A DNA stretch of 64,000 nt from Acutalibacteraceae bacterium (GTDB lineage Bacteria > Bacillota > Clostridia > Oscillospirales > Acutalibacteraceae), in assembly GCA_045602905.1 (NCBI GenBank), contig JAZSCL010000047.1:17519-81518 (forward strand), read 5' to 3'. The notes under the pieces are model-generated. The model had not been told where the DNA came from, did not search any database, and saw only the letters and a program-made list of their open reading frames with translations. Both the position numbers and the translations under genes were made by a program. Of the stretch, positions 47,659 to 57,356 are shown piece after piece; position 1 is the stretch's first letter; each line of letters opens with the position of its first letter.

Positions 47659-49248
47659 TCAGAAAGCTTCAACTGCTGCTTTTTCTGCGGAAAGACCCTT
47701 CTTATAGTTTTCAAGGAAGGCTTTGAAGCCTGCGATATCATCTGCATCGGGAGCTATTTCGGTTGATTCCTGACCTGCAAAAACCTTGTTTTCAAGATAA
47801 GCGTCAAGAGTTTCGCCTTCTGCCTTGCTTACCATGTATTCGGCAAGGATTGCAACACCCCAGGGACCGCCTTCGCCTGCAGTTTTCATAACAGAAACGG
47901 GAGCTTCGAGTGCGGCACCCATAATCTTCTGTCCTGTAACGGGAGCTTTGAAGTATCCGCCGTGACCAAGAATTCTGTCAATCTTAACATCTTCGTCAGC
48001 AAGGATTTCCATGCCGAGGCTGAGTGTGGCTGCTGCTGAACAAAGCTGAACTCTTGCGAAGTTTTCAAGGTTGAATTTGCTGTCAGGACCTCTGAAGAAA
48101 AGAGGCTTGCCGCTGTCAAGACCTGTAATAACTTCACCTGAAAGGTAGTTGTAAGCAACAAGACCGCCGCAGTCCTTATCGCCGTTGAGCGCAACCTCAA
48201 ACAATTTATCAAGCACCTTGTAGATGCTGACATCTATACCCATAGCCTTGCAGAACGAGGTAAGAAGTCCCGCCCATGCATCGATTTCGCCTGAGCAGTT
48301 GTTGCAGTGAACCATTGCAACGGGTTTGCCTGCGGGAGTTGTTACCATATCGATTTCGGGGTAGAGCTTTGAAAGAGCCTTTTCGAGAACTACCATGAGG
48401 AAAATGGATGTGCCTGCAGAAACATTACCTGTTCTTACTGCAACAGAATTTGTTGCAACCATGCCCGTGCCTGCGTCGCCTTCGGGAGGGCAGAGAGGAA
48501 CACCGGGATTGAATTCGCCTGTAGGGTCAAGAAGAAGTGCGCCTTCTTCCGTGAGTGTGCCTGCGTTTTCACCTGCAACAAGAACCTTGGGAAGAATGCC
48601 TTCAATTGTCCAGGGGAAATTCTTGTCTGCGATTTTTTCGTCAAACTGAGCAAGCATCTTTTTGTCATAATCGTTTGTTTCGCTGTCAATGGGGAACATA
48701 CCCGATGCTTCGCCGACACCGATATATTTGTTGCCTGTCAGCTTCCAGTGAACATAAGCGGCAAGAGTTGCTATAAAATCAACATCCTTAACATGTTCTT
48801 CTCCGTTGAGAATTGCCTGATAGATATGTGCTATGCTCCAGCGCTGGGGAATATTGAAATCAAAGAGTGCAGAAAGCTCTTCGGCAGCTTTGGCTGTTAT
48901 TGTGTTTCTCCATGTTCTGAACTGTGCAAGCTGATTACCGTCTTTATCGAATGCAAGATAGCCGTGCATCATGCCGCTGATGCCGAGTGCACCAACGGTT
49001 GTGAGCTTTGCTGAATATTTTTCTTCAACGTTTGCCTTAAGCTTTGCAAATGCACCCTGAACACCCTTCCATACCTGCTCAAGAGGATATGTCCAGATTC
49101 CGTTATCATAGGTGTTTTCCCAATCATAGCTGCCGGATGCAAGCGGTTCGTGGTTTTTATCAATAAGAACAGCTTTGATTCTTGTTGAGCCGAATTCAAT
49201 TCCCAATGCGGTCTGAGCAGACTCAATTGCAAGTTTTATATTTTCCAT
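47659..49248 (-). CDS. FGGY-family sugar kinase (L-ribulokinase/xylulokinase-like)
   Basis: [42 protein letters not shown] motifs. GGAGGT RBS before ATG 49248. Confidence 0.88.
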   Translation of the reverse strand: MENIKLAIESAQTALGIEFGSTRIKAVLIDKNHEPLASGSYDWENTYDNGIWTYPLEQVWKGVQGAFAKLKANVEEKYSAKLTTVGALGISGMMHGYLAFDKDGNQLAQFRTWRNTITAKAAEELSALFDFNIPQRWSIAHIYQAILNGEEHVKDVDFIATLAAYVHWKLTGNKYIGVGEASGMFPIDSETNDYDKKMLAQFDEKIADKNFPWTIEGILPKVLVAGENAGTLTEEGALLLDPTGEFNPGVPLCPPEGDAGTGMVATNSVAVRTGNVSAGTSIFLMVVLEKALSKLYPEIDMVTTPAGKPVAMVHCNNCSGEIDAWAGLLTSFCKAMGIDVSIYKVLDKLFEVALNGDKDCGGLVAYNYLSGEVITGLDSGKPLFFRGPDSKFNLENFARVQLCSAAATLSLGMEILADEDVKIDRILGHGGYFKAPVTGQKIMGAALEAPVSVMKTAGEGGPWGVAILAEYMVSKAEGETLDAYLENKVFAGQESTEIAPDADDIAGFKAFLENYKKGLSAEKAAVEAF

Positions 49249-49409
49249 AGTATTAACCTCCGTAAAGCCAAATTTATACACTATTATAATATCAAAACAA
49301 AACTCCGCCGTCAAGAAAAATATAAACAAACAAAAACGGCATAATGTGTTGCTTTTTCTTTCTCTCTTTGATATAATGTTTTCTATATAAACAATAAAGG
49401 AGGAAAATC

Positions 49410-51839
49410 ATGAACTTGGTCGGAATCGCCAGAGAGGGAATATATAAGGTTAAAACATACTGGAAAACACCGCCTCTCGGCAAGTACATGAATTTTAAGG
49501 AAATTGCTTCTCTTTCGGGCGGCGGAATAGGTGTTAAGTTTATTATCACCTGCGTTTCGGCAGTTCTTCTGTCCGCAACAAACGTTTTCGTTGGTAACAC
49601 AATCGGTATTGAGCCGATGAATATGTATTTCATATATATTCTTGCGGTTATTATCAGCTTCCCTCTGACTATGTTCAGAGCCTATATTATCGACAACGCC
49701 AGAAACCGTAAGGGTAAATACAGACCGTATATACTGACGATGGGTCTGCCTACCGTTATTCTTTCAATAGGCTATTTCTGGATGCCTTATGAGAAGATGG
49801 GCAGCCAGTTAACCAAATGTATTGTTGTTCTTCTTTTCAATATCGGTTTCCAGTTTTTCTATAATTTCCTTTACGATGCATATGATAACTATATCGTTGT
49901 TCTTTCTCCCAATACTCAGGAGCGTTCAAATGTATCGTCAATCAAATCCGTAACCGATTCGCTTGCGCCGACCATTACAAATGCGATAATTCCTCTTCTT
50001 GCAAAGCAGTTTATCGGAACAGGTAACCTTAACGATATCAGGATTTACAGATATGTCTGGCCTCCGATTCTTATCATCGGATTCCTTCTCAGTGTTATTG
50101 TTTATGTCAACACCGAAGAAAAGATTGTTCAGGCAAAAACTCATGTTGTTCAGATAAAGTTTATGGATGCTCTCCGTGCGGTTGCCAAGAATAAATATTT
50201 CTGGGTTATTTCGCTTGCAGGCTGGCTCGGATTTCTTGAAGGCTCATGCCTCAATATCCTTAACTGGCTCTATTCTTATCAGCACGCCTGCACGGCTGCG
50301 CAGTATTCTCTTATCTACACAATTTACGGTAATGCATCGTTCTGGGGAATGCTTCTTGCTCCGCTTTCAATCAAGAAATTCGGTAAAAGAAACACTCTTA
50401 TTTTTACCAACTTCCTTAACATAGTATTTATTGCCGCAATTTATCCTGTTGTAAAATATGCTGATATGAGCATTATGATATGGCTTGTTATGATTTGTCT
50501 CTGGTTCAACGCTCTTGTCGGCTCATTCGGACACATTCTTACTCCCAGCCTTAACGGCGATATCCGTGACTATCAGCAGTATATCACAGGCGAAAGAATC
50601 GACGGCATGTTTGCTGCAGTTGGTCTTATCGGCAGCGTTATAACAATGGCAACAAGCTCTGTTCTTCCTGCAATCTACGAGAAAATCGGCTTCAATGAAA
50701 ACAAGTTGAACGAGCTTCTTCCCACAATTATTGCTCAGGAAGGCAAGATTGATGATTTAACAAATGTTTACAATGTTCTGTATCACAGAGAAACGTTTAT
50801 AGGAATTTTCGGTGTTCTTATTGCTGTTTCGATTCTCGGTGCGGCAATGAACGTTATTCCTTATTTCTTCTATGACCTTTCCGAAGTTAAGCAGCAGGGT
50901 ATGATTAAAGTTCTTAAAATCCGTGCCCTCTTTGAAGACTACGGCAACGGTGTTCTTAAGGATAAAGACCTTGTTGAAGCGATTGAAGCAATCCGTGATG
51001 CAAACGCACTGGTGTCTGCTCAGCCCGCAAATCTCAAGGAGCTTAAAGCAGCAAAGAGAGCAGCCTCAGGCAAGGAAGAGAAGAAGGCTGCAAAGCAGGC
51101 ATTAAAAAACGGTGCTATACTCAATCAGAATATTGAAATTTCAAAGATTGTTCTTGACGAAATGAACCGTTTCAATACCTCTTACGGTAAAATTCAGCTT
51201 GAAGAAGCCCGTGCAACAGCATACGCAGGCTACGATGCAATCTATAATTATAATATATCGGGACTTGCTGAGGCAAGAGCTCTTCCCAAATCAACCAAGG
51301 AAGAAGCGGATTACAGAAAAGAAGCTGTTTCAACCGCAAAGGATTTTATCGATGCCAAAAAGGCTGCGGCAAAGTATTTTTCAAACAATATTGTTGAGTT
51401 CGATGTTTCCGTGTTTGAAAAGCTTTTTGAAAAAGAAGATGCTCTTGATGCGGAGCTTAAAGAAACCTATCAGAAGCTCTATAAAGCAAGAGATGAAAAG
51501 GATAAAGACGGAATCGACCGTTATATGCAGATTGTCAAGGATATCAAAGCTCAGCAGAAGTCACTTGAAAAGGAAATCAAGCAGGCAACCAACGACAATT
51601 CTGTTTATAACCGTGCCGCAAGACCTATAATCAAAGCAAAGAAGCTTCTTACTCAGAGCGAAAACTATGCAAGATTTGATGAGATTGCCGCATTGTATGA
51701 TGAAGCAAAAACCCGTCACGAGCAGGCAATGGCAGAAGCTGCAAAAGAAGCTGAACGAATTGCCGCAGAAGAAAGAGCATACGGAGAAAAGCTCAGAGCG
51801 GAAAAAGCTGCAAAGAAAGCAGAGAAAAAACGCAGATAA
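49410..51839 (+). CDS. MFS glycoside-pentoside-hexuronide-type transporter with ~320-aa soluble C-terminal extension
   Basis: IID-x-R-x-GKYRPY, QERS and DYQQYITGERIDG motifs, about 12 TMs, then a charged helical tail. TTGCTT-N17-TATAAT promoter upstream. Confidence 0.85.
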   Translation: MNLVGIAREGIYKVKTYWKTPPLGKYMNFKEIASLSGGGIGVKFIITCVSAVLLSATNVFVGNTIGIEPMNMYFIYILAVIISFPLTMFRAYIIDNARNRKGKYRPYILTMGLPTVILSIGYFWMPYEKMGSQLTKCIVVLLFNIGFQFFYNFLYDAYDNYIVVLSPNTQERSNVSSIKSVTDSLAPTITNAIIPLLAKQFIGTGNLNDIRIYRYVWPPILIIGFLLSVIVYVNTEEKIVQAKTHVVQIKFMDALRAVAKNKYFWVISLAGWLGFLEGSCLNILNWLYSYQHACTAAQYSLIYTIYGNASFWGMLLAPLSIKKFGKRNTLIFTNFLNIVFIAAIYPVVKYADMSIMIWLVMICLWFNALVGSFGHILTPSLNGDIRDYQQYITGERIDGMFAAVGLIGSVITMATSSVLPAIYEKIGFNENKLNELLPTIIAQEGKIDDLTNVYNVLYHRETFIGIFGVLIAVSILGAAMNVIPYFFYDLSEVKQQGMIKVLKIRALFEDYGNGVLKDKDLVEAIEAIRDANALVSAQPANLKELKAAKRAASGKEEKKAAKQALKNGAILNQNIEISKIVLDEMNRFNTSYGKIQLEEARATAYAGYDAIYNYNISGLAEARALPKSTKEEADYRKEAVSTAKDFIDAKKAAAKYFSNNIVEFDVSVFEKLFEKEDALDAELKETYQKLYKARDEKDKDGIDRYMQIVKDIKAQQKSLEKEIKQATNDNSVYNRAARPIIKAKKLLTQSENYARFDEIAALYDEAKTRHEQAMAEAAKEAERIAAEERAYGEKLRAEKAAKKAEKKRR

Positions 51840-51846
51840 TCATAAT

Positions 51847-51878
51847 AATACCGGAAGTGAAAACTTCCGGTATTTTTG
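51847..51878 (+). terminator. MFS terminator
   Basis: AATACCGGAAGT-GAAA-ACTTCCGGTATT-TTT. Confidence 0.85.
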
Positions 51879-51950
51879 TTTTTTATTGTTGAGTTTTAAA
51901 TATATTAGTGTTATAATAAATCGATTTTTATATCCGAAAGGATGGTTTTA

Positions 51951-54900
51951 ATGTTTGCGGAAAGACAAATCGAGCGTATGCTCAGCAAGCTCAGAAGATT
52001 TGAAAATACTCTTGAGCCGATGCTGTTTAAGAAAGTTAAAAAAATAGATTCTGTTCTGGCTTATGAAACAACCGACAGACTTTATGAAATCCCCGATGAT
52101 TCCTTATGTTCATCCGTTGAAAGCGGATGGGTATGGGGTGCGGAAGAATCCTTCTGCTGGTTTAAAACTGATTTTGTTGTTCCGGATGAGCTTGACGGTA
52201 AAAATATTTTCATTATGCCTCATACCGAAGGCTATGAATCTCTTCTTTGGGTTAACGGAAAACCCTTCGGCACATTCAATACCAAAATCGTGTTTACAGG
52301 CCACGGCAACCATTACTGCGACCTTGTGAAGATGGGTGTTAAAGCAGGCGAAAAAATAGAAATAGCCCTTGAGGTTTATTCGGGTCATACGCTTTACGGC
52401 ACTCAGCCTCTTCAGACTGACAGACTTCTTAAAGAATACAGATATCACTTTGACGGACTTGATATCTGCGTTAAGGATGACTTTATCCAGGAATTCTATT
52501 TTGATTTAAAGGTTGTGAACGACCTTTATGAAAGCCTGCCTGACACCTCGTTCAGAAAAGGCGAAATTGTGAATGCTCTTTTTGAGGTCCATAAGAGGAT
52601 ATATTATGCCTATGATGATACGGATGAGGAAACCTTCAGAAACGCAATGAAGGAAGCACAGCCTTTCCTCAAGGAGATTCTTGCGGTCAGAAACGGTCCC
52701 GAAGTGCCTACCGCAGGCATTATCGGTCATTCACATATGGACACTGCGTGGCTCTGGAAGGCTACGGAAACAATCAAAAAGTGTGCAAGAACATATTCAA
52801 ATCAGATTTCTCTCATGCAGCAGTATCCCGAATATAAGTTTGTTCAGAGCTCAGCCTGCCATGGCGATATGATACGCAAGCATTATCCCGCCCTTTTTGA
52901 AGATATAAAGAAGATGGCTGCAGAGGGCAGATATGAGCCAAACGGCGGAGTGTGGGTTGAATGTGACTGTAATATCACATCGGGCGAATCAATGATAAGA
53001 CAGTTTCTCTGGGGACAGAGATTTACAAGAAAGCATTTCGGCTTCACCTCAAATTCTTTCTGGCTTCCCGATACATTCGGCTACAGTGCGGCTATTCCGC
53101 AGATTATGAAGGGCTGTAAGGTTGATTATTTCCTTACAACAAAAATCGACTGGAATGACACAAACCATTTTCCTTACGATACATTCTATTGGCAGGGCAT
53201 TGACGGCACAAAGGTATTTACCCATTTCAACAAAACCATCGGTTTCCCCAATCCCACAACATTCCGGGATACGATTACGGGAGATGTTAAGAAATATAAA
53301 ACAATCAATGAGAGAAATGTAACCAAAAAGCGTCTTACCGCATTCGGCTACGGTGACGGCGGTGGCGGACCGATGTATGAAATGGGCGAAACAATCCGCA
53401 GAATGCATGACCTCAACGGCTGCCCTAAGCTTAAATATTCAACTGTGGGCGATTTCATGAAGGAAATGGAAGCCGATGCAAAGAATCCTTCAACCTACAC
53501 GGGTGAGCTGTATCTTGAGCTTCACAGAGGCACTCTCACAAATCAGCATAGTATCAAGCATAACAACAGAAAAGCGGAGATTGCTCTTCGTGACCTTGAA
53601 TATCTGACGGTGAGTAATGCAGTTAAAGAAAATAAAATCGCTGATAACGAAAAGATAAACCCTCTTTATGAAACTCTTCTTCTTAACCAATTCCATGATA
53701 TTCTTCCCGGCACCTGCATTCCATCGGCACATAAGCTTTCTCTTTCACAAACAAACGAGCTTCTTGAAACTGCCGATAAGCTTATTAAAGATGCAGTCAG
53801 CGGAGAAGGTGATGCAGTAACCGTAACAAACACTCTTTCGTTTGACCGTTTTGACCCAATATTCCTTGAATGCGAGGAAGGTTATATTGCCGATTGTGAT
53901 TGCAGACAGCAGTCATACAAAAATCTTGACGGCAAGAACATTCTTATTATCAGCGGGCTTAAGATTCCTGCATTTTCAAGCGTTAAAATCCATCTTGTTA
54001 AGGGTGTTGCCGAAAACAACAGCGAAATTTCTGTTTCAGAGAACGGAATTTCAACTCCGTTTGCCGATATCAGATTCAACGAAAAGGGATATATTGAATC
54101 GTTCATTGATAAAAGAGCAAACAGAGAAATCAGAGGCAACGGATATCCTCTTAACGCCCTTCTTATGGCTGAAGATCTTCCCACGGCATGGGATAACTGG
54201 GATATCGATGCTGACCTTGACTGCAAGTTCAGGGATGATTCAGTTCTTCTTTCAAAGGAGATTGTTTCTTGCGGTGCTGCTGCAGTTGTCATCAGAAGCA
54301 AATATCGTATTTCAAAGAAATCAACCGTAACACAGGATGCAATCTATTTTGCCGATTCAGCAGAAATCAGATATGATACTCTTATGGATTGGCAGGATGA
54401 CCACCGTTTCCTTAAAGCGGCTTTTGACACAAATGTTACGAATAATTTTGCCCGTTTTGAAATCCAGTATGGCAATGTTATGCGACCCACAACAAGAAAC
54501 GATTCCGTCGAAAAGGCGAAATTTGAGGTTGTTAACCATAAGTTTACCGACCTTTCCGAAACCCGTTTCGGTGTTGCGATTCTCAATGACAGTAAATATG
54601 GCATAAGCGTTGAGGGAGGCAATATGCGTCTTTCACTCCACAAGGGCGGAACAAGACCTGATCATGAGGGCGACCACGGTATTCACAGAACGGTTTATTC
54701 TTTCCTGCCTCATGTCGGCGGATTCAGCACCGAAAATGTTGTGAGACCCGCATACGAGCTCAACATTCCCGTTGTAAAGGGTAACGGAAGTTTTGAGGCG
54801 AAGGCACTCATTGTTCCCGATGTGGCGAATGTTATCGTGGAATCAATAAAGCCTTGCGAAGACTGTGAAAAGGCATTCATTGCAAGACTTTATGAAACAG

Positions 54901-55052
54901 AGGGAACATATACAAACTGTAACATTGAGCTTTTTGAAGGTGCAAAGAAGGTTGAAATAACCAATATGCTTGAAGAGGTCGAAAGTGAGCTTATCGGTAA
55001 TGAGCTGACCTTCAGACCGTTCGAAATCAAAACTCTTAAAATCATATATTAA
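51951..55052 (+). CDS. GH38 alpha-mannosidase
   Basis: GHSHMDTAWLW, WLPDTFG, GYGDGGGGP, ELYLELHRG, NQFHDILPG motifs, C-terminal RPFEIKT. Confidence 0.93.
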   Translation: MFAERQIERMLSKLRRFENTLEPMLFKKVKKIDSVLAYETTDRLYEIPDDSLCSSVESGWVWGAEESFCWFKTDFVVPDELDGKNIFIMPHTEGYESLLWVNGKPFGTFNTKIVFTGHGNHYCDLVKMGVKAGEKIEIALEVYSGHTLYGTQPLQTDRLLKEYRYHFDGLDICVKDDFIQEFYFDLKVVNDLYESLPDTSFRKGEIVNALFEVHKRIYYAYDDTDEETFRNAMKEAQPFLKEILAVRNGPEVPTAGIIGHSHMDTAWLWKATETIKKCARTYSNQISLMQQYPEYKFVQSSACHGDMIRKHYPALFEDIKKMAAEGRYEPNGGVWVECDCNITSGESMIRQFLWGQRFTRKHFGFTSNSFWLPDTFGYSAAIPQIMKGCKVDYFLTTKIDWNDTNHFPYDTFYWQGIDGTKVFTHFNKTIGFPNPTTFRDTITGDVKKYKTINERNVTKKRLTAFGYGDGGGGPMYEMGETIRRMHDLNGCPKLKYSTVGDFMKEMEADAKNPSTYTGELYLELHRGTLTNQHSIKHNNRKAEIALRDLEYLTVSNAVKENKIADNEKINPLYETLLLNQFHDILPGTCIPSAHKLSLSQTNELLETADKLIKDAVSGEGDAVTVTNTLSFDRFDPIFLECEEGYIADCDCRQQSYKNLDGKNILIISGLKIPAFSSVKIHLVKGVAENNSEISVSENGISTPFADIRFNEKGYIESFIDKRANREIRGNGYPLNALLMAEDLPTAWDNWDIDADLDCKFRDDSVLLSKEIVSCGAAAVVIRSKYRISKKSTVTQDAIYFADSAEIRYDTLMDWQDDHRFLKAAFDTNVTNNFARFEIQYGNVMRPTTRNDSVEKAKFEVVNHKFTDLSETRFGVAILNDSKYGISVEGGNMRLSLHKGGTRPDHEGDHGIHRTVYSFLPHVGGFSTENVVRPAYELNIPVVKGNGSFEAKALIVPDVANVIVESIKPCEDCEKAFIARLYETEGTYTNCNIELFEGAKKVEITNMLEEVESELIGNELTFRPFEIKTLKIIY

Positions 55053-55060
55053 GATTAAAA

Positions 55061-55095
55061 AAGGCTTGAGAAGGCGTAATGCCAACTCAAGCCTT
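55061..55095. terminator. Terminator between the convergent GH38 and DUF3798 genes
   Basis: AAGGCTTGAG..GGC-GTAAT-GCC..CTCAAGCCTT. Confidence 0.7.
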
Positions 55096-55153
55096 GTGTC
55101 ATTTATTCGGTTTCTTTTGTTTTTTACTTAGTGAGATAATCCCTTAAGATTAT

Positions 55154-56338
55154 TTATTTAATAATTTCAAATCCGGGAAGATATGCGGCAAATGCATTTT
55201 TGAGACCAACATTGTATGCCGAAACGGTAAAATTCTTTTCATCGGCAGCCTGATTAACTCTTGCCATAACGCTGTCTGCAAAGTTTTCTGCGGTTGTTGT
55301 GCCGTTAAGCATATCAAAAGCGCAGTAAACAGCGCTTTCAAGGAGTGTTGCTGCAAGGGGGAATTTATAAACGCTGATTCTTGCTTTTCCTTCGGTGTCG
55401 GCATTAACAGCTTCTTTGAGAGAGGTGATATAGGATTCAACATCCTTGATTTCTGCGGGCATTGCTGCGGTATAAATCTCGCCCGCACCGTTATATGCAG
55501 TGGGGAATGAAGGTGAAACGTAAATCATACCCTTGCTGTTGGCAACTTCAACAAGAGTTGACTGAACGGAGCTGTCAGTTGAGAAAAGGGCAACATCCGA
55601 ACCTTCAATGATATTGTTGAGTTCAAGTCTTGCAACAGCTTCTTTTATGTATTTTTGTGAACCCTTGATTTTTTCTGCATAGTTGGGGTCGACGCCGTTG
55701 TCATAAACATATGTAATGCCCTGTTCTTCACAAGCGGTTTTAATTGCAGTGTTTGCATTTGCGAGCATATTATTTTCGCTTATGTGACGGTTGAGCGAGA
55801 AAACAACAAAATATTTTGCGCCCTGCTCTTTTGCGCTTGCAACGATATCTTTTGCGGCTGCAGCCCAGTCTGTGCAGAGAACAAGGTCGGAAGCCTCGGA
55901 AATCTTATCGATTGATTCTTCGGGTTCGATGCAGATGATATCGATGTCGGGATTCTTTGCTTTTGCAAATGAGATTGCATTTGTTGTGAACTGAGTTGCT
56001 CTTGCGTAGATGATAGTGCCGATTGAGGGGTCAGCGGCAAGCTCTTCGGAAAGGGTCATAATCTGAGGATTGCCGGCAACAAGAATACGGCTGTCAGGAT
56101 ATTCTTTGACAACGATGTTTTCAGGATATTTTGCGGCAAGCTCATGAGCAGCTTTATAGTCTTCGGGGAACTGAGCTTCGGGAGCAACAAGAATGGCAAC
56201 CTTCTTTTCGGGAAGGGTTATTTCTTTTTCGGGAAGGTTGTTTTCATCATTATTTTTGCAGGCTGCGAATGAGAAAACCAGAACAAGTGCGAGCATGGCA
56301 GCAACTATTCTTGCAAAAACAGTTTTACGGTTTTTCAT
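55154..56338 (-). CDS. DUF3798-like lipoprotein (periplasmic-binding-protein-like fold)
   Basis: Lipobox FAAC. Patterns LAADP, K-x-PDI, AKEQGAKYFVVFS-x-RH, DP and ALFSTD resemble DUF3798. Confidence 0.65.
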   Translation of the reverse strand: MKNRKTVFARIVAAMLALVLVFSFAACKNNDENNLPEKEITLPEKKVAILVAPEAQFPEDYKAAHELAAKYPENIVVKEYPDSRILVAGNPQIMTLSEELAADPSIGTIIYARATQFTTNAISFAKAKNPDIDIICIEPEESIDKISEASDLVLCTDWAAAAKDIVASAKEQGAKYFVVFSLNRHISENNMLANANTAIKTACEEQGITYVYDNGVDPNYAEKIKGSQKYIKEAVARLELNNIIEGSDVALFSTDSSVQSTLVEVANSKGMIYVSPSFPTAYNGAGEIYTAAMPAEIKDVESYITSLKEAVNADTEGKARISVYKFPLAATLLESAVYCAFDMLNGTTTAENFADSVMARVNQAADEKNFTVSAYNVGLKNAFAAYLPGFEIIK

Positions 56339-56355
56339 GATTTTTACCTCTTTAC

Positions 56356-57333
56356 TTATTTAAAATTTTTGCCTTTTTCTTCAAACAAATCAATCAGATA
56401 CTGAGGCGAAACGATTTCGATTTTGTCGCGATGGATAAACAACCAACCGAGGAGGTCGAGGTTTATTGCTGTCAGAGCCTTTGCGACGCAATATCCTTCT
56501 TTTGCCGATTTTCTGAATAATACGGGTGAAGAAAAATGGTTTTCAATCAGCTCGGTATATTCGCTTCTGAATCTTAGAAGAAGCCAGTCTGTTGAGTGGA
56601 AGCTTGATTTTGCAAGATAACCGTCAAAATAGTTAACAAGATTCTTGATATCAAAATCGTGCTTGCAGGCATCTTCATTCAGGATTTCTGCGGATTTAAT
56701 TCTGTGAAGATTAATAAATTCCGTTGTTTCCTGGTCTGGGTTGCGAACAAAAACCAAAGCTGTTGAACCGTATGAAACCGCTATTTCGAGCGGATTAACG
56801 ACCACTGTTTCAAGTTTTTCGGATTCTGAAAAACTATCGCCCGGAACTATTCTTGAAACAACAAGTCTAACCTTCTTCATGTTTTTGATTGCGATTCTTA
56901 AGCTGTGAAGAACATCTATCGAAAATTCTCGTTTGGGAGAAATTGCGTTGATGTTTTTTGTTGTTCCCAGAACCAGCTCAAGGGTGGGAAGACAGGTGTT
57001 TCTTTTAAGATAGTTTGCGATATATTTTATATCGTTTTCCGAAATAAAGTCGGATGAAAAAATTGCTTCGAGAATAAGGTGAATTGCGTGCTGAGAAAAA
57101 GATTTTGCAAGATAATATCCTTTTTTAGGCGTTGAAACGCTTACGATTTTAACGGTAGTTGCGTTGATAGCCTTGATATCGGCAAGGACTGTTCTTGCTG
57201 AAACATTATAGCCGTATCCCTTAAGCTTTTCGATTATTTCATCAATTGAAATAACATTGAATTCATCGGAATACATACTAAAGATTTCAACGATATATAA
57301 CAGACGGGCTCTTGCGTTTTGTTCTGCAGCCAT
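56356..57333 (-). CDS. wHTH-WYL-type transcriptional regulator (degenerate WYL motif)
   Basis: N-terminal RLLYI...SDE...EII.KL..YG..V..RTV..DI..I wHTH; VNP...LHRI WYL-like strand; C-terminal LLGWL...KIEIVSP WCX-like region. AGGAGG RBS. Confidence 0.75.
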   Translation of the reverse strand: MAAEQNARARLLYIVEIFSMYSDEFNVISIDEIIEKLKGYGYNVSARTVLADIKAINATTVKIVSVSTPKKGYYLAKSFSQHAIHLILEAIFSSDFISENDIKYIANYLKRNTCLPTLELVLGTTKNINAISPKREFSIDVLHSLRIAIKNMKKVRLVVSRIVPGDSFSESEKLETVVVNPLEIAVSYGSTALVFVRNPDQETTEFINLHRIKSAEILNEDACKHDFDIKNLVNYFDGYLAKSSFHSTDWLLLRFRSEYTELIENHFSSPVLFRKSAKEGYCVAKALTAINLDLLGWLFIHRDKIEIVSPQYLIDLFEEKGKNFK

Positions 57334-57356
57334 TTTTTGTCCTCCTGTCATCCACC

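Noticed and set aside
56356-57333. Anti-phage defence island marked by WYL
   Set aside because: The neighbours are a GH2 and lipoproteins. No nuclease, RM, BREX or CBASS genes and no mobility genes are present.
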